This document shows positions 8,396 through 20,120 of a stretch of 64,000 bases of DNA, piece after piece. The notes beneath the pieces were generated by a model that saw only the letters and a list, made by a program, of their open reading frames with translations, did no database searches and had not been told where the DNA came from. Source of the stretch: an uncultured Iamiaceae bacterium (GTDB lineage Bacteria > Actinomycetota > Acidimicrobiia > Acidimicrobiales > Acidimicrobilacustridaceae); assembly GCA_963778895.1 (NCBI GenBank), contig CAVZVZ010000007.1:68413-132412 (forward strand). The letters are read 5' to 3'. A program made the translations under genes and the position numbers. How positions within the stretch are numbered: position 1 is the stretch's first letter; every line of letters starts with the position of its first letter.

Positions 8396-9589
8396 TCAGA
8401 CGCGGAGGAGGGCTTCGTTCGGGTTGTCGGGGAGCTTCGTGAGCGGCTCACGCAGCTCGTCGACGGTGGGCCCGTACTTCTGCGCGAGTGGCGTGAGGGC
8501 ATCGAGGTCGAAGCCATACAGCTGGGCCGCGTTCTCGCCGAGCATCTGGCGCATCTCCGACTCGGGTGCGTCGCTGAAGCGCTGGCGTAGGTGCTCACGG
8601 CTGAACGGAGCCGTGCCCTCGTCGTGCGGGTAGTCGCTGCCCCACATGAACTTGTCGAGGCCGATCTTGTGGCGCGCCGCGGCGTCGTCGGGCCCGGGTT
8701 GGCTCACGCCCACGAAGCAGTTCTGGTGGAAGTACTCGGTCGCCGATTTCGGCAGGATGTGCTCCTCGGAGTACCGCATCTCACCGGTGCGCCCGGTCTT
8801 GCGAATCTGTTCGAACACCGCGTCGAGTCGCTTCAGCATCGGCGGGAGCCACGCACATCCCATCTCGGTCATGACGAACTTGAGGTTCGGGAAGCGCTCG
8901 AACACGCCGGAGAACATCAACTGCAGGAAGGGTCTTTGTGAGTAGAAGGGCACCTCGCTGATGAAGAGCAGCGCGGCGGCGGGATACTTCCCATAGTCCG
9001 GCATGCCAGTGCCGCCATGGCTGTTCACCGGAACCTCGAGCTCCTCGCAGACCTTCCACAACGGGTCGTAGCACGGGTCGTACAACGGCTTGACCCACTT
9101 GCAGTCGGGCGGGATCGACGAGATCAGCACGCCGCCACGCAGACCGTGCTCCTTGATCCAACGCACATCCTTGATCGCTTCGTCGACGTCGTTCAGGAAG
9201 ATCTGGCCGATGCCGGCGCGTCGTTCCGGAAAGCGGTTGCACCAGTCGGCGAGCCAGCGGTTGTGCGCGCGGATGCCGGCCAGTCGCTGCTCGTATTCTT
9301 CGGGCTTCGGCGGCCGCGCGAAGAGGATGAAGCTGGGGAAGAACGGCGGCACCGTGTTCGGGAACACGACCTCGGCCACGATGCCCTGTGCTTCGAGATC
9401 ACCGTTCCGACGATCGTCGTCCCAGTTGCGGATACGGCCACCGTCCTGCAAATCGCGAAACGGGTTCTTGTACTTCTCGCGCCATGCGTCGAACTCGTCG
9501 AGGTAGGCCGGGTCGAGGTACTCGCGGTACATCTCGTGGCTTCCACCGGCATGGCAGTCGGCAGAAATGACCGTGTAGTGCTCGCTCAT
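8396..9589 (-). CDS. amidohydrolase family protein (amidohydrolase_2 / ACMSD-like metal-dependent hydrolase)
   Basis: The ORF 8396..9613 most likely starts at ATG 9589, preceded by AGGGGG. It has VISADCHAG at the N-terminus and WGSDYPHDEG near the C-terminus. Confidence 0.8.
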   Translation of the reverse strand: MSEHYTVISADCHAGGSHEMYREYLDPAYLDEFDAWREKYKNPFRDLQDGGRIRNWDDDRRNGDLEAQGIVAEVVFPNTVPPFFPSFILFARPPKPEEYEQRLAGIRAHNRWLADWCNRFPERRAGIGQIFLNDVDEAIKDVRWIKEHGLRGGVLISSIPPDCKWVKPLYDPCYDPLWKVCEELEVPVNSHGGTGMPDYGKYPAAALLFISEVPFYSQRPFLQLMFSGVFERFPNLKFVMTEMGCAWLPPMLKRLDAVFEQIRKTGRTGEMRYSEEHILPKSATEYFHQNCFVGVSQPGPDDAAARHKIGLDKFMWGSDYPHDEGTAPFSREHLRQRFSDAPESEMRQMLGENAAQLYGFDLDALTPLAQKYGPTVDELREPLTKLPDNPNEALLRV

Positions 9590-9666
9590 GCGGACCCCCT
9601 GTGGTTCGGTCACCGGTAGAATACGGTTTCAATTCCGCAGGCGCACATCCGGCTTAGGCTGCCGCG

Positions 9667-10488
9667 ATGCGCTGGCGATGGGGGATCCCGGCTGCGGCAT
9701 TCGTGCTGGTCGTGGGGGCCTGCTCTTCGGAGTCCGAACGAACGGAGGCTCCGGTTGCCTCCGACCCTGTCCGAACGTTCACGGCGCAGGTGGCGAGTGA
9801 GACGGAGGTCGATCCGATCTACCGACAGGGTGTGGCGCGAACCCCGAACGGTTGGGTGTTCTCGTTCAACGACGGGCTCTTTCTCACCGACGATGCGATG
9901 GCGAAGACCATGCAGCTCATGCCGGCCATCCCCGACGAGTGGAAGGCCCGTGGGTTCGATCACCTGGGTGACATCGATGTCGTCGACGGAGTCGTGTACG
10001 CGCCGCTCGAGCAACCGGATTACGACAAAGGCGCGCAGGCCATGCTCGTGTACGACGCGACCACGCTGCAGTACCGCAGCGGCGTCGACGTGAACCAGCA
10101 CCACAATTCGTTCGTCACCGTGGATGCTGATACCGGCATCGCTTACTCCATGGACTTCTTCGGCGGGCAAGCGCTGTTGCGCTACGACACGCGGGACAAC
10201 TGGCGAGCGCTCGATCCGCTACCGATGTCGATGTTCGTCGATCGTGTGCAGGGTGGAGATGTGTACGACGGTGCCGTGTGGTTGTCGACCGACGACGACA
10301 GTGATGGTGTCTATCGCGTCGATCTCACCGACGGCTCGGTGCAATCGCTCGGCTCGATCGGACACACCGATGGTGAAGGTGAGGGCATCGATGCCACCCC
10401 GCTGCCGATCGGCGACCTGCACGTGCTCAGCGCCGATGTGGCGATCGTTCCCATGCGCCTGATCGAGCTGCGAGTCACGGCGAGCTGA
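9667..10488 (+). CDS. hypothetical lipoprotein
   Basis: 273 aa. The signal peptide with lipobox-like cysteine is AAAFVLVVGAC-SSE. I recognise no family. Confidence 0.55.
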   Translation: MRWRWGIPAAAFVLVVGACSSESERTEAPVASDPVRTFTAQVASETEVDPIYRQGVARTPNGWVFSFNDGLFLTDDAMAKTMQLMPAIPDEWKARGFDHLGDIDVVDGVVYAPLEQPDYDKGAQAMLVYDATTLQYRSGVDVNQHHNSFVTVDADTGIAYSMDFFGGQALLRYDTRDNWRALDPLPMSMFVDRVQGGDVYDGAVWLSTDDDSDGVYRVDLTDGSVQSLGSIGHTDGEGEGIDATPLPIGDLHVLSADVAIVPMRLIELRVTAS

Positions 10489-12139
10489 CTTCGGACTCGG
10501 GAACGCTCTCCTCGTCGGGGCGATGGTTCGGCAGACCGCCCGTGAAGAAGAGAGCGGCGACCGCTATGAATCCCGCGATCAACAGGCCAGCCTTCAGGGC
10601 GACCAGCTGCGCCTCCTCGTAGTCCTGGACCAGGGCGTCGGTCGACGCGGGATCGACACCATTGTCTCCCGCGGCCTGACGCACCGCGTCGGACGACACG
10701 AAGCTCACACCGTTCGCGACCTCGACGCTGACCGCCTGCTCGATGTCCTCGCTCACGCGTGGGTCGTCGTCGATCTTCTGGACGAACGTGCTCGTGAGGC
10801 CGGTGAGCACGACCGCCCCGATCAGCGCGACACCGAGCGCCGAGCCGAGCTGCTGCGAGGTGTACTGCAGCCCGCCCGCTTCGCCACGGTCGTTGTCGCC
10901 GACCGCCGACTGCGCCACGTTCCCCAGTTGAGACGCCATGAGGCCCAAACCCACGCCGAGCAGGCCCATGGCGATCGCGAAGGGCACGGACTCGAGGTCG
11001 GGCTTGATGTTGGTGAGCAACATTCCGATCGCGACGACGAGCACGAGCAGCCCGGCTCGGATGATGCGTCGCGGCGCGAAGCGAGCGGCGAGGGCCGACC
11101 CCGCCATCGAGGTGATGAACATGGTGACCGAGACGGGAAGCATCTTGATGCCGGTGTCGAGAGCGTCGAGACCTTGCACGAGCTGCAGGTAGAGCGGAAT
11201 CGCGAAGAACACTCCCATCAAGATCAAGTTCTGCGAGAGGAACATCTCGAGCCCTGATCGCAGTGCAGAGATCTTCAAGAGAGCGAGGTGAACCAGTGGA
11301 TCGCGCCCGACGGCTTCGCGGTGGTGCTGCCACAGCACGAAGAACCAGAGCACCACGCCGCCCGCGAGGACGACGAAGGGGGTCAGCGAGAAGCCGAACG
11401 GCTCGACCGGCGAGTTCTTCGGCTGGATCCAACCCCAGGTGCTGGCCTGCAACACCCCGAGCACGATCAGACCGAGCCCGAGGGATGAGAGCACGGAGCC
11501 CAGCCAGTCGATCTCGGGCTTGCGACCCGGCAGCGGCGCATCGACGAGGAGCTTGACCATCGCGAGGATCGCGCCGACGAGCACGACCTCACCCACGAAG
11601 ACGTAGCGCCACGTGAACTCCGTGGTGACCCACCCGCCGAGGATCGGGCCGACGGCGATGCCCGCGCCGGCGACGCCGCCGATGACGGCGTAGGCAACTA
11701 CTCGGTCCTTGCCCGAGTAGTTCCCGGCGATCAGCGCGGCGAGTGCAGGCAACACCAAGGCGGCGCCGATGCCCTCGAGTACCGACCAACCGATCGCCAA
11801 TGAAGCGACGGACCACGATGCCGCGGTGAGGGCCGAACCGCATGCGTAGATGACCAGCCCCACGATGAACGCCCGGCGACGCCCGAAGCGGTCACCCAAC
11901 TTCCCTCCGGTGATCATGAGCATGGCCATGACCAGCGAGTAGAAGGTGATGACGGCCTGGATGACCGTGACCGTCGTGTCGAAGTCCACCGTCAGCTGGC
12001 TGATCGACACGTTCATGACGGCCTGGTCGAGGACCATCAGGAACTGGGCCAGACCCAGGATCACCAACGGTCCCCACTTCTTCATCCCGTCATCCTCCTC
12101 GTCCGCCACGTAAGTCAGGGAGGAGTATGACCCCTTCAA
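10475..12139 (-). CDS. MFS transporter, DHA2 (EmrB/QacA-like, 14-TMS) drug:H+ antiporter family
   Basis: 554 aa. It has LAQFLMVLDQAVMNVSI, GKLGDRFGRRR and many predicted TM segments. An alternative start is 12085 (MKKWGP). Confidence 0.85.
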   Translation of the reverse strand: MKGSYSSLTYVADEEDDGMKKWGPLVILGLAQFLMVLDQAVMNVSISQLTVDFDTTVTVIQAVITFYSLVMAMLMITGGKLGDRFGRRRAFIVGLVIYACGSALTAASWSVASLAIGWSVLEGIGAALVLPALAALIAGNYSGKDRVVAYAVIGGVAGAGIAVGPILGGWVTTEFTWRYVFVGEVVLVGAILAMVKLLVDAPLPGRKPEIDWLGSVLSSLGLGLIVLGVLQASTWGWIQPKNSPVEPFGFSLTPFVVLAGGVVLWFFVLWQHHREAVGRDPLVHLALLKISALRSGLEMFLSQNLILMGVFFAIPLYLQLVQGLDALDTGIKMLPVSVTMFITSMAGSALAARFAPRRIIRAGLLVLVVAIGMLLTNIKPDLESVPFAIAMGLLGVGLGLMASQLGNVAQSAVGDNDRGEAGGLQYTSQQLGSALGVALIGAVVLTGLTSTFVQKIDDDPRVSEDIEQAVSVEVANGVSFVSSDAVRQAAGDNGVDPASTDALVQDYEEAQLVALKAGLLIAGFIAVAALFFTGGLPNHRPDEESVPESEVSSP

Positions 12140-12152
12140 GAAGGTGTTGGGT

Positions 12153-12827
12153 TCAACCTTCGAAGCGGTAGCCCATACCTGGTTCGGTGAGGAAGTATCG
12201 CGGCTGGGATGGGTTCGGCTCGAGCTTGCGGCGGATCTGCGCCAGGTAGAGACGCAGGTAGTTCGTCTCGCTCTCGTACTGGGGCCCCCACACCTCTTGG
12301 AGCAGCTGGCGCTGACCCACGAGCTTCCCGGGGTGTTTCACCAATACTTCGACGATGCCCCACTCGAGCGGCGTGAGGTGCACGTCGTCGCCGTTTCGTT
12401 CGATGCGCTTCGCCGCGAGGTCGATGGTGAAGTCGGGCGTTGTCACCACCGCGACCTCGTCCTGTGGCGTACCGCGTCGCAGAGCCGCGCGAAGACGTGC
12501 CAGCAACTCGCCCATCGAGAACGGCTTGGTGACGTAGTCGTCGGCGCCGGCGTCGAGAGCTTCGATCTTGTCGGTGTCGTCCTCGCGGACCGTCAGCATG
12601 ATGATCGGCACCGACGACCAGCCGCGAAGTCCGCGCACCACCTCGATGCCGTCGACACCCGGGAGACCGATGTCGAGGATCACCGCGTCCGGGTGCCGAT
12701 CGGCGGCGAGCGTGAGCGCTTGCTCCCCAGTCGCGGCCTGGTCGACCTCGTAGCCACGCGCGCGCAGGTTGGTGGCCAACGCCCGACGGATCTGGGCCTC
12801 GTCGTCGACCACCAGCACACGAGTCAT
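12153..12827 (-). CDS. kdpE: response regulator KdpE (OmpR family)
   Basis: MTRVLVVDDE...DAVILDIGLPGVDG...YVTKPF forms the receiver domain, followed by a winged-helix output domain. Its ATG overlaps the kdpD stop, and it sits directly downstream of kdpD. Confidence 0.9.
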   Translation of the reverse strand: MTRVLVVDDEAQIRRALATNLRARGYEVDQAATGEQALTLAADRHPDAVILDIGLPGVDGIEVVRGLRGWSSVPIIMLTVREDDTDKIEALDAGADDYVTKPFSMGELLARLRAALRRGTPQDEVAVVTTPDFTIDLAAKRIERNGDDVHLTPLEWGIVEVLVKHPGKLVGQRQLLQEVWGPQYESETNYLRLYLAQIRRKLEPNPSQPRYFLTEPGMGYRFEG

Positions 12828-15344
12828 GGCGACCCGGACCCGTTGCCTGTGCCTGCGCACGGAAGCGAGATGGTGGCGGTCAGGCCGCCGCCCGGTGTGT
12901 CGTCCAGCTCCAGCTCGCCACCCATTGCGCGCACGAAGCCACGGGCCACCGCGAGTCCGAGCCCGACGCCGGTGTCGGTGCCGGTGTCGCCGAGGCGCTG
13001 GAACGGCTCGAAGATCCGGTCGCGCATGATCGCCGGCACTCCGGGACCCGAGTCGATCACGCGCAGGTCGATGTGGGCGCCGAACGCACCGGCCTCGAGG
13101 CGCACCGGCTGAGTGGGCGGCGAATACCGCAGCGCGTTGGTGACCAGATTGGCGAGTGCCCGTTCGAGCAAGGCGGGATCGGCGAGCACCTGGGGGAGTG
13201 TTTCAGGAACCGTGAGCTCCAGGCGATTGCGCGACGCCAGGCCGGCGAGCGCGAGGGGCACGACCTCTTCGAGACCCACCGATTGGATCTGGGCGCGAAC
13301 TGCACCTGCTTCCAGGCGACTCATGTCGAGCAGGTTGCCGACCAGTCGGTTCAGACGGTCCGTCTCTTCGTCGATCGTGTAGAGGAAGTCCAGCCGGTCG
13401 TCGCTCGACCATTCGACGTCTTGTTCGAGCAGGCTCGTCGCCGCGGCCTTGATCGACGACAGCGGGGTGCGCAGGTCGTGCGACACCGCCCGCAAGATGG
13501 CCGTACGCAGATAGTCGGCCTCGGCCAAGGCGCTGGCCGACGCAGCCTGTGCGGCCAGGCTGCGATGAGCCAGGGCGGCGTCGAGTTGGGCGACGAACAC
13601 CTGGAGGACTCGCCGGTCCTCCGCCGGCAACCCAGGGCCCACGAGCACGAGCTGAGCGTCATCGACCAGGTCGAGCTTCTCGTAGCCATCGGGACTAGTG
13701 GGGATCGGTGAACCGCTGCTCGAGTCGACATGCCACCCATCGGCTTCTCGTCGCAGTACGGCGGCGGCATCGAGCCCGAACGTCGATCGCAGGTGAGCCA
13801 GCAACCCATCGAGCGAGTTGGGTTCGCCGACCAGGCCACCGGCGACGCGCGCCAGGGCCTCGGCTTCGGCCCGCGCTCGCAGCGCGTCGGCGGAACGGCG
13901 AACGACGACGCTGACCAGTTGGCCCACGATGATCGCGACTGCGAAGAACACGATGATGGCAACGACGTTGGACGTCTCGGTGATGGTGAACGTGTAGAAG
14001 GGCGGGGTGAAGTACCAGTTCACCAACAACGAGGCGGCCGCCGCAGTGACCAACGCGGGCAGACGCCCGCCGACGGCGGCGACGATGATGACCAGCAACA
14101 GGTACAGCACCATGTCGGCGGGTAGCGTGAGATGCGTGCGTAGGTGATGCAACACGAAGGTGAGCAGAGGTGCGCCGACGAGGCCGATCACCCAGCCGGC
14201 GACCCGCCGGCGCCTGTTGAGCGTCGGGAGGCGTCGCTTCATCGGGAGACGTCGTTGGGGCGAGTCCTCGTCGGCGTCGTAGCTGATGACGTGAACGTCG
14301 ATGGGACCCGAGTCGCGCAGCACCCGGTTGATGACCGAGCCCTGCGTCAGCTCGTTCAATCGCGAGCGTCGGGTCGCGCCCATCACCAGCTGCGTCGCGT
14401 TCTCGCTGCGCGCGAACTGGGTGAGAGCCTCGGCCACCTCCGCTGCCGACGACCTCGTGGTACTCACCGCCGAGGTCGGCGAGAAGCTGACGATGCCGAG
14501 CCAACAGTTCGCTGGGCGGTCCCGACAGACCGTCCCCGGATTGCACGTGCACCCCGAGCAGTTCGCCGTGCGAGCGCTGCGCCATGCGAGCCGCCCGGCG
14601 GATGAGTTGCTCACCGCTCGGCGCGCCGGTCACGGCCACGACGACCCGCTCGCGGGTCTCCCATTGCTCGGAGATCCCGTGCGTGGCGCGATATTGCTCG
14701 AGGGCTTCATCGACTTGATCGGCAACCCACAGCAGCGCGATCTCGCGGAGCGCAGCCAGGTTGCCGACCCGGAAGTAGTTGGCCAGCGCGGCGTCGACCT
14801 TCTCGGGTTTGTAGATGTTGCCGTGGGCCATGCGCCGGCGCAGCGCCTCGGGCGTCATGTCGACCAGCTCGATCTGGTCCGCTTTGCGCACGACCTCGTC
14901 GGGGATCGTCTCGCGTTGCTTGACCCCCGTGATCTCCTCGACGACGTCGTTCACCGACTCGAGGTGCTGGATGTTCAGTGAGGTGATCACGTCGATGCCG
15001 GCGTCGAGCAGCTCTTCGACGTCCTGCCACCGTTTGCCATTGCGGGACCCAGGCACGTTCGTGTGGGCGAGCTCGTCGACGAGCGCAACCGCCGGGTGCA
15101 GCTCGAGGATGGCGTCGATGTCCATCTCTTCGAACTCGGCGTCGCGATAGGTGATCTTGCGACGGGGAACCACCGGCAGATCGCGGAGCTGTTCGGCGGT
15201 ACTCGGCCGGCCGTGCGTCTCGACGTAGCCGACGATCACGTCGGTACCTCGGTCGCGGCGACGCCAGCCCTCGTTGAGCATGGCGAAGGTCTTGCCGACG
15301 CCGGGCGCGGCACCGAGGTAGATACGAAGGTGACCGCGCGCCAT
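12824..15344 (-). pseudogene. kdpD: sensor histidine kinase KdpD, one frame change as assembled
   Basis: The N-terminal piece 13695..15344 reads RIYLGAAPGVGKTFAML...LNIQHLES...USP domain. The C-terminal piece 12824..14614 holds the DUF4118 TM region, the HisKA H-box AVSHDLRTPL and the ATPase. The join at ~14440 looks like one extra G (VVGS|EVAEAL). Confidence 0.9.
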
Positions 15345-15354
15345 GGTCGAGAGT

Positions 15355-16038
15355 CTACGAACCGCCGTCAGAGAGCTGGTCGAGTGCCAGATTCAACGAG
15401 AGCACGTTGACGCCCTTCTCACCGAGGAACCCGAGCGAGGCGCTCTCGGTGTGCTGATCGACGAGGTCGAGCACCTGGCTCACCGGCAGCCCGCGCACTC
15501 CGGCGACGCGTACCGCTTGGATCTTGGCGTTGGCGACCGAGATCATCGGGTCGAGCCCGGATGCGGACGAGGTGACGGCGTCGACAGGGACCGCCACATC
15601 AGCGGCAAGCCCGTTGGCCTCGCGGTAGGCGTCGACGCGTTGTTGCACACCGTCGGCGGTTTCGTCGGTGTCCGGGGTTGCCGGATCGTCGGCGGTGCCG
15701 TACAGGAAGTCCTGGTTCGTCGGACCGAAGTTCGATCCGCCGCTGTTCGCGGCCGAGTAGTCGGAAGGGTCGGCAGGCTGGCCGTTGTCATCGAGTGACC
15801 CTGATGCCAGGGCCCCCGCGGCGGACGGGCGGGTCTGGAAGTACTTGTCCTCGGTGAACGACTGGCCGAGCAGCGACGAGCCGACGACCTGACCGTTCTC
15901 CTTCACGAGCGACCCGTTGGCCTTGTCGTTGAACAGCCCGAGCGCCACCCCGGTCATGAAGACCGGGTAGACGAGACCGCAGATGACCGTGATCACGGCG
16001 AAGATGCGAAGAGCGGGCAGCAGTTGACGGCGCATCAT
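15355..16038 (-). CDS. kdpC: potassium-transporting ATPase subunit C
   Basis: Intact 227 aa with [25 protein letters not shown]... It overlaps the kdpB stop (ATGA). Confidence 0.9.
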   Translation of the reverse strand: MMRRQLLPALRIFAVITVICGLVYPVFMTGVALGLFNDKANGSLVKENGQVVGSSLLGQSFTEDKYFQTRPSAAGALASGSLDDNGQPADPSDYSAANSGGSNFGPTNQDFLYGTADDPATPDTDETADGVQQRVDAYREANGLAADVAVPVDAVTSSASGLDPMISVANAKIQAVRVAGVRGLPVSQVLDLVDQHTESASLGFLGEKGVNVLSLNLALDQLSDGGS

Positions 16039-18132
16039 TTCACTCCCAATGCGGTGATGATCAGATCGATGAGCTTGATGCCGACGAAGGGGGCGATGAT
16101 GCCGCCGACGCCGTAGATCAGGATGTTGCGGCGCAGGACGGCGGCGGCACCCTCGGCGCGGAACTTGACCCCCCGAAGCGCCAACGGAATCAGCCCGACG
16201 ATGATCAGCGCGTTGAAGATCACCGCCGAGAGGATCGCCGATTGCGGCGTGGCCAACTTCATGATGTTGAGCGTGTCGAGCGCCGGGAACACGCCCACGA
16301 ACATGGCCGGGATGATGGCGAAGTACTTGGCTACGTCGTTGGCGATCGAGAAGGTGGTGAGCGAGCCGCGAGTGATGAGGAGCTGCTTACCGATCTCGAC
16401 GATCTCGATGAGCTTGGTCGGGTTCGAATCGAGGTCGACCATGTTGCCGGCTTCCTTGGCGGCCTGAGTGCCGGTGTTCATGGCGACACCCACATCTGCT
16501 TGCGCGAGCGCGGGCGCATCGTTGGTGCCGTCACCGGTCATGGCGACCAGGTATCCACCGTGCTGCTCGCGTTTGATCAGCGCGAGCTTGTCCTCGGGTG
16601 TGGCCTCGGCGAGGAAGTCGTCGACGCCGGCCTCGTCGGCGATGGCCTTGGCCGTGAGCGGGTTGTCGCCGGTGATCATCACGGTCCGGATGCCGATGCG
16701 CCGCAGCTCGTCGAAGCGTTCACGCATGCCGTGCTTGACCACGTCCTTCAGCTGGATCACGCCCAAGGCCCGCGTACCTTCGACCACGGCGAGGGGCGTG
16801 CCGCCCTGGCCTGCGATGGCGTTGGCCTCGATCTCGAGTTCGGGTGGCACGGTGCCGCCCTGCTTCTCGCACGTAGTTGATGACCGAGTCGACCGCACCC
16901 TTGCGGATGACGCGGCCATCAGCGGTGTCGACACCGCTCATGCGGGTCTGTGCGGTGAACGCCACGAGCGTGGCGCCCTGCAGGTCGCGCTCGCGCAGTC
17001 CGTACTTCTCTTTGGCCAGCACCACGATCGAGCGTCCTTCGGGCGTCTCGTCGGCCAGGCTCGAGAGCTGGGCGGCGTCGGCGAGCTCGGCTTCGGTGAC
17101 GCCGGGCATCGTGATGAATGCCGCCGCCTGGCGGTTGCCGAGCGTGATCGTTCCCGTCTTGTCGAGCAACAGCGTCGAGCAGTCGCCCGCCGCCTCGACG
17201 GCGCGGCCGCTCATGGCCAGCACGTTGCGTTGCACGAGCCGGTCCATGCCCGCGATGCCGATGGCGGAGAGCAACCCGCCGATGGTCGTGGGGATCAGGC
17301 AGACCAGCAGCGCGACGAGCACGATCAGCGACTGTTCGCCACCGGAGTAGATGGCGAACGGCTGCAGCGTGACGACGGCGAGCAGGAAGATGAGCGTCAG
17401 CCCGGCGAGAAGGATGTTGAGCGCGATCTCGTTCGGTGTCTTCTGCCGGTTTGCACCTTCGACCAGCGCGATCATGCGGTCGAGGAACGTCTCACCGGGC
17501 TTGGCGGTGATCCGAACGACGATCTGATCGGACAGGACCCGAGTGCCCCCGGTGACGGCGGAGCGGTCGCCGCCCGACTCACGGATGACGGGTGCAGACT
17601 CGCCGGTGATCGCCGACTCGTCGACGCTGGCGATGCCGTCGATCACCTCACCGTCACCGGGGATGAGCTCACCGGCCGCGACGATGCATTCGTCGCCGAC
17701 CTGGAGCTGGGGGCTGGGTACTTGTTCGAGCGCGCCACCTTCGCGTCGCACCAAGGCCACGGTGTCCGAGCGCGCCTTGCGGAGCGAGTCGGCTTGGGCT
17801 TTGCCTCGGCCCTCGGCCATGGCCTCGGCGAGGTTGGCGAACAAGACGGTGAACCAGAGCCACGCCGCGACCAGTCCGGCGAAGACGTTCTCGTGGGCCG
17901 TGGACGACATCGAGGTCCCGGAAGAAGATGAACGTGGTGACGACGCTGCCGACCTCGACGACGAACATGACCGGGTTCCTGGCCATCTTCCTGCGGGTCG
18001 AGCTTGATGAGACGCGTCGACGCTCGCCCGTCGGACGATCTGTGGATCGAACAGCGATCGCTTCTCCTTCTTGAGCGGATCGCTGGTGTGAGGTGCGGGT
18101 GCAGGGTCCGCCGTTTCCAATTCGGTGCTCAT
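16035..18132 (-). pseudogene. kdpB: potassium-transporting P-type ATPase subunit B, four +1 frame changes as assembled
   Basis: P-type motifs are present: [19 protein letters not shown] and TGES. Frames step 0->2->1->0->2 at ~18012, ~17987, ~17902 and ~16857. Each step is resolved by removing one base, which restores ...VDA|LIKLDPQE|[10 protein letters not shown]... and REAG|GTVPPELE. Confidence 0.9.
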
Positions 18133-18142
18133 TTCAGGCTCC

Positions 18143-19855
18143 TCAGATGCCCAGCTGCTCGACGATGGGGCCGAGCGCAAGAACGGGGAAGTAGGTCAGA
18201 CCGACGACGATCAGCACGACGCCGACGAGCAGGCCGGCGAACAGCGGGGTTCCGGTCGGGAACGTTCCCGCCGACGCGGGCACGGGTTGCTTGCGGACCA
18301 GCGAGCCGGCGATGGCCAAGGCGGGGACGATGAGCAGGAACCGGCCGACCAACATGGCCAGACCGCCCGTCACGTTGTACCAATCGGTGTTGCCGGTGAG
18401 CCCGGCGAAGGCCGACCCGTTGTTGTTGGCCTGCGATGTGAACGCATAGGTGATCTCGGTCAACCCATGGGGTCCCGGGTTGAGCGTGGATCCGACGGCA
18501 GCTGGGATGACGACGGACGCTCCCGCGAACGCCGAGGATCGCGATCGGCACCGCCAGGATGTAGAGCACCACGAGCTTCATCTCGGGTGCTTGGATCTTC
18601 TTACCGAGGTACTCGGGCGTTCGGCCGACCATCAAACCGGCGATGAACACCGCGAGTAGGACGAAGATCAGCATGCCGTACAGCCCTGAGCCGACCCCTC
18701 CCGGGCTCACCTCGCCGAGCATGATGTTCACCAGCGGAACCGCGCCGCCGCGGGGGGTGTAGCTGTCGTGCATCGAGTTGACCGACCCCGTGGACGTGCC
18801 GGTGGTCGAGGCGGCGAACAGACCCGATGCGATCGGGACCGAACCGGATCTCCTTGCCTTCGAAGTTCCCGCCCGATTGATCGGACGTCACTTGTTGGGT
18901 CGCGCCCACCGCGGTCAGGTTCGGGTTGCCGGCTGTCTCCCACCACATGGCGAGGCCGGCCGCGGAGATCCAGAGGACGAACATGGCCGCGAAGATCACC
19001 CAGCCCTGTTTCTGATCGCCGACCAGTCGGCCGTACGCGTAGGTGAGTGCGAAGGGAATGAGCAACAACGTGAAGATCTCCATCCAGTTCGTGAACCCGT
19101 TGGGGTTCTCGAAGGGATGGGAGGAGTTGGCGTTGTAGGGCCCGCCACCGTTGGTGCCGAGCTCCTTGATGGCCTCTTGACTCGCGATCGGACCGCCGGG
19201 AACGGCCTGGTTCGCGCCCTCGACCGTGGTAGCCGATGGTGAATCCGTGGAAGTTCTGCACGACGCCTTGGCTCATCAGCACCACGGCGAAGACGATCGT
19301 GAGCGGCATGAGCACGCGGAACGTGGCTCGGGTGAGGTCGACCCAGAAGTTGCCGATCGTCCCGCCGCGGCGGCGGATGAGTCCGCGAATCAGCGCGACC
19401 ACGACGGCCAGGCCAACCGCCGCCGATACGAAGTTCTGAACGGTGAGTCCGGCCATCTGCGTGAGATGGCTCATCGTCGATTCACCGGAGTAGTTCTGCC
19501 AGTTCGTGTTGGTGATGAAGCTGGTCGCGGTGTTCCACGAGAGGGCTTGCGGAACGTTGACCGCGCCCGTCGGGTTCAACGGCAGCCACTCTTGGACCCG
19601 TTGCAACAGGTACAGGCCGAGCACCGAGATGGCGCTGAAGGCCAGCAGGCTGAGGGCGTAGATGTTCCAGCGCTGTTCGCGCTTGGGGTTCACGCCGCTG
19701 AGTCGATAGACGAACCGCTCGATCGGACCGAAGAACCGATCACCGGGGGCCTCGCCGCCACCGAAGACCGCGGCCAGATACGGCCCGAGCAATCGCGTGC
19801 CGATGACGAGTGCGACGATCAGCGAGATCAGTTGTATCCAGTTCGCGACCGTCAT
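18143..19855 (-). pseudogene. kdpA: potassium-transporting ATPase subunit A, three +1 frame changes as assembled
   Basis: Four ORF pieces (18728..19855, 18601..19083, 18129..18773, 18143..18463) are collinear with KdpA. Examples are NWQNYSGE, GTNGGG in the bridging frame, and [20 protein letters not shown]. The joins are at ~19233, ~18838 and ~18527. Confidence 0.9.
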
Positions 19856-19856
19856 G

Positions 19857-19946
19857 TCAGAACCTCTCGGGTGAGACGAGCGCGGCCACGAGATACACCG
19901 CGACCAGCAGAGCGATCACGAGACCGATGATGTTGTCTGCGGTCAT
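19857..19946 (-). CDS. kdpF: K+-transporting ATPase subunit F
   Basis: This 29-aa ORF is not in the track: MTADNIIGLVIALLVAVYLVAALVSPERF. It matches the KdpF consensus (...Y L . . A L . . P E R F). Its stop lies 1 nt before the kdpA ATG. Confidence 0.8.
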   Translation of the reverse strand: MTADNIIGLVIALLVAVYLVAALVSPERF

Positions 19947-20095
19947 GGCGCCACGTCCTCGAGAGTCGCCGGCTCGTCGTCGACGGCGAGATCGTGATCC
20001 GAGTCCGGCCCGATGATGTGGTCGCAGATCTTCACGAAGCCAGCGGCCAGCGCGAAGAACGCGATCGTGATGGCGATGAAGAGCAGGTCTGCCAC
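19943..20095 (-). CDS. small hydrophobic/acidic protein upstream of kdpF
   Basis: The GTG start at 20095 lies 5 nt after AGGAGG. The 50-aa product is V-ADLLFIAITIAFFALAAGFVKICDHIIGPDSDHDLAVDDEPATLEDVAP. Its stop overlaps the kdpF ATG (ATGA). Confidence 0.5.
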   Translation of the reverse strand: MADLLFIAITIAFFALAAGFVKICDHIIGPDSDHDLAVDDEPATLEDVAP

Positions 20096-20120
20096 GGTTC
20101 CTCCTGGGTTATTGCGGTGT

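Noticed and set aside
12824-19855. Programmed ribosomal frameshifting or genuine inactivation of the kdp operon
   Set aside because: There are no slippery heptamers or stimulatory structures at the junctions. Eight separate shifts each restore consensus sequence when one base is removed, and the same pattern affects unrelated genes throughout the window. Technical indels are the simpler explanation.
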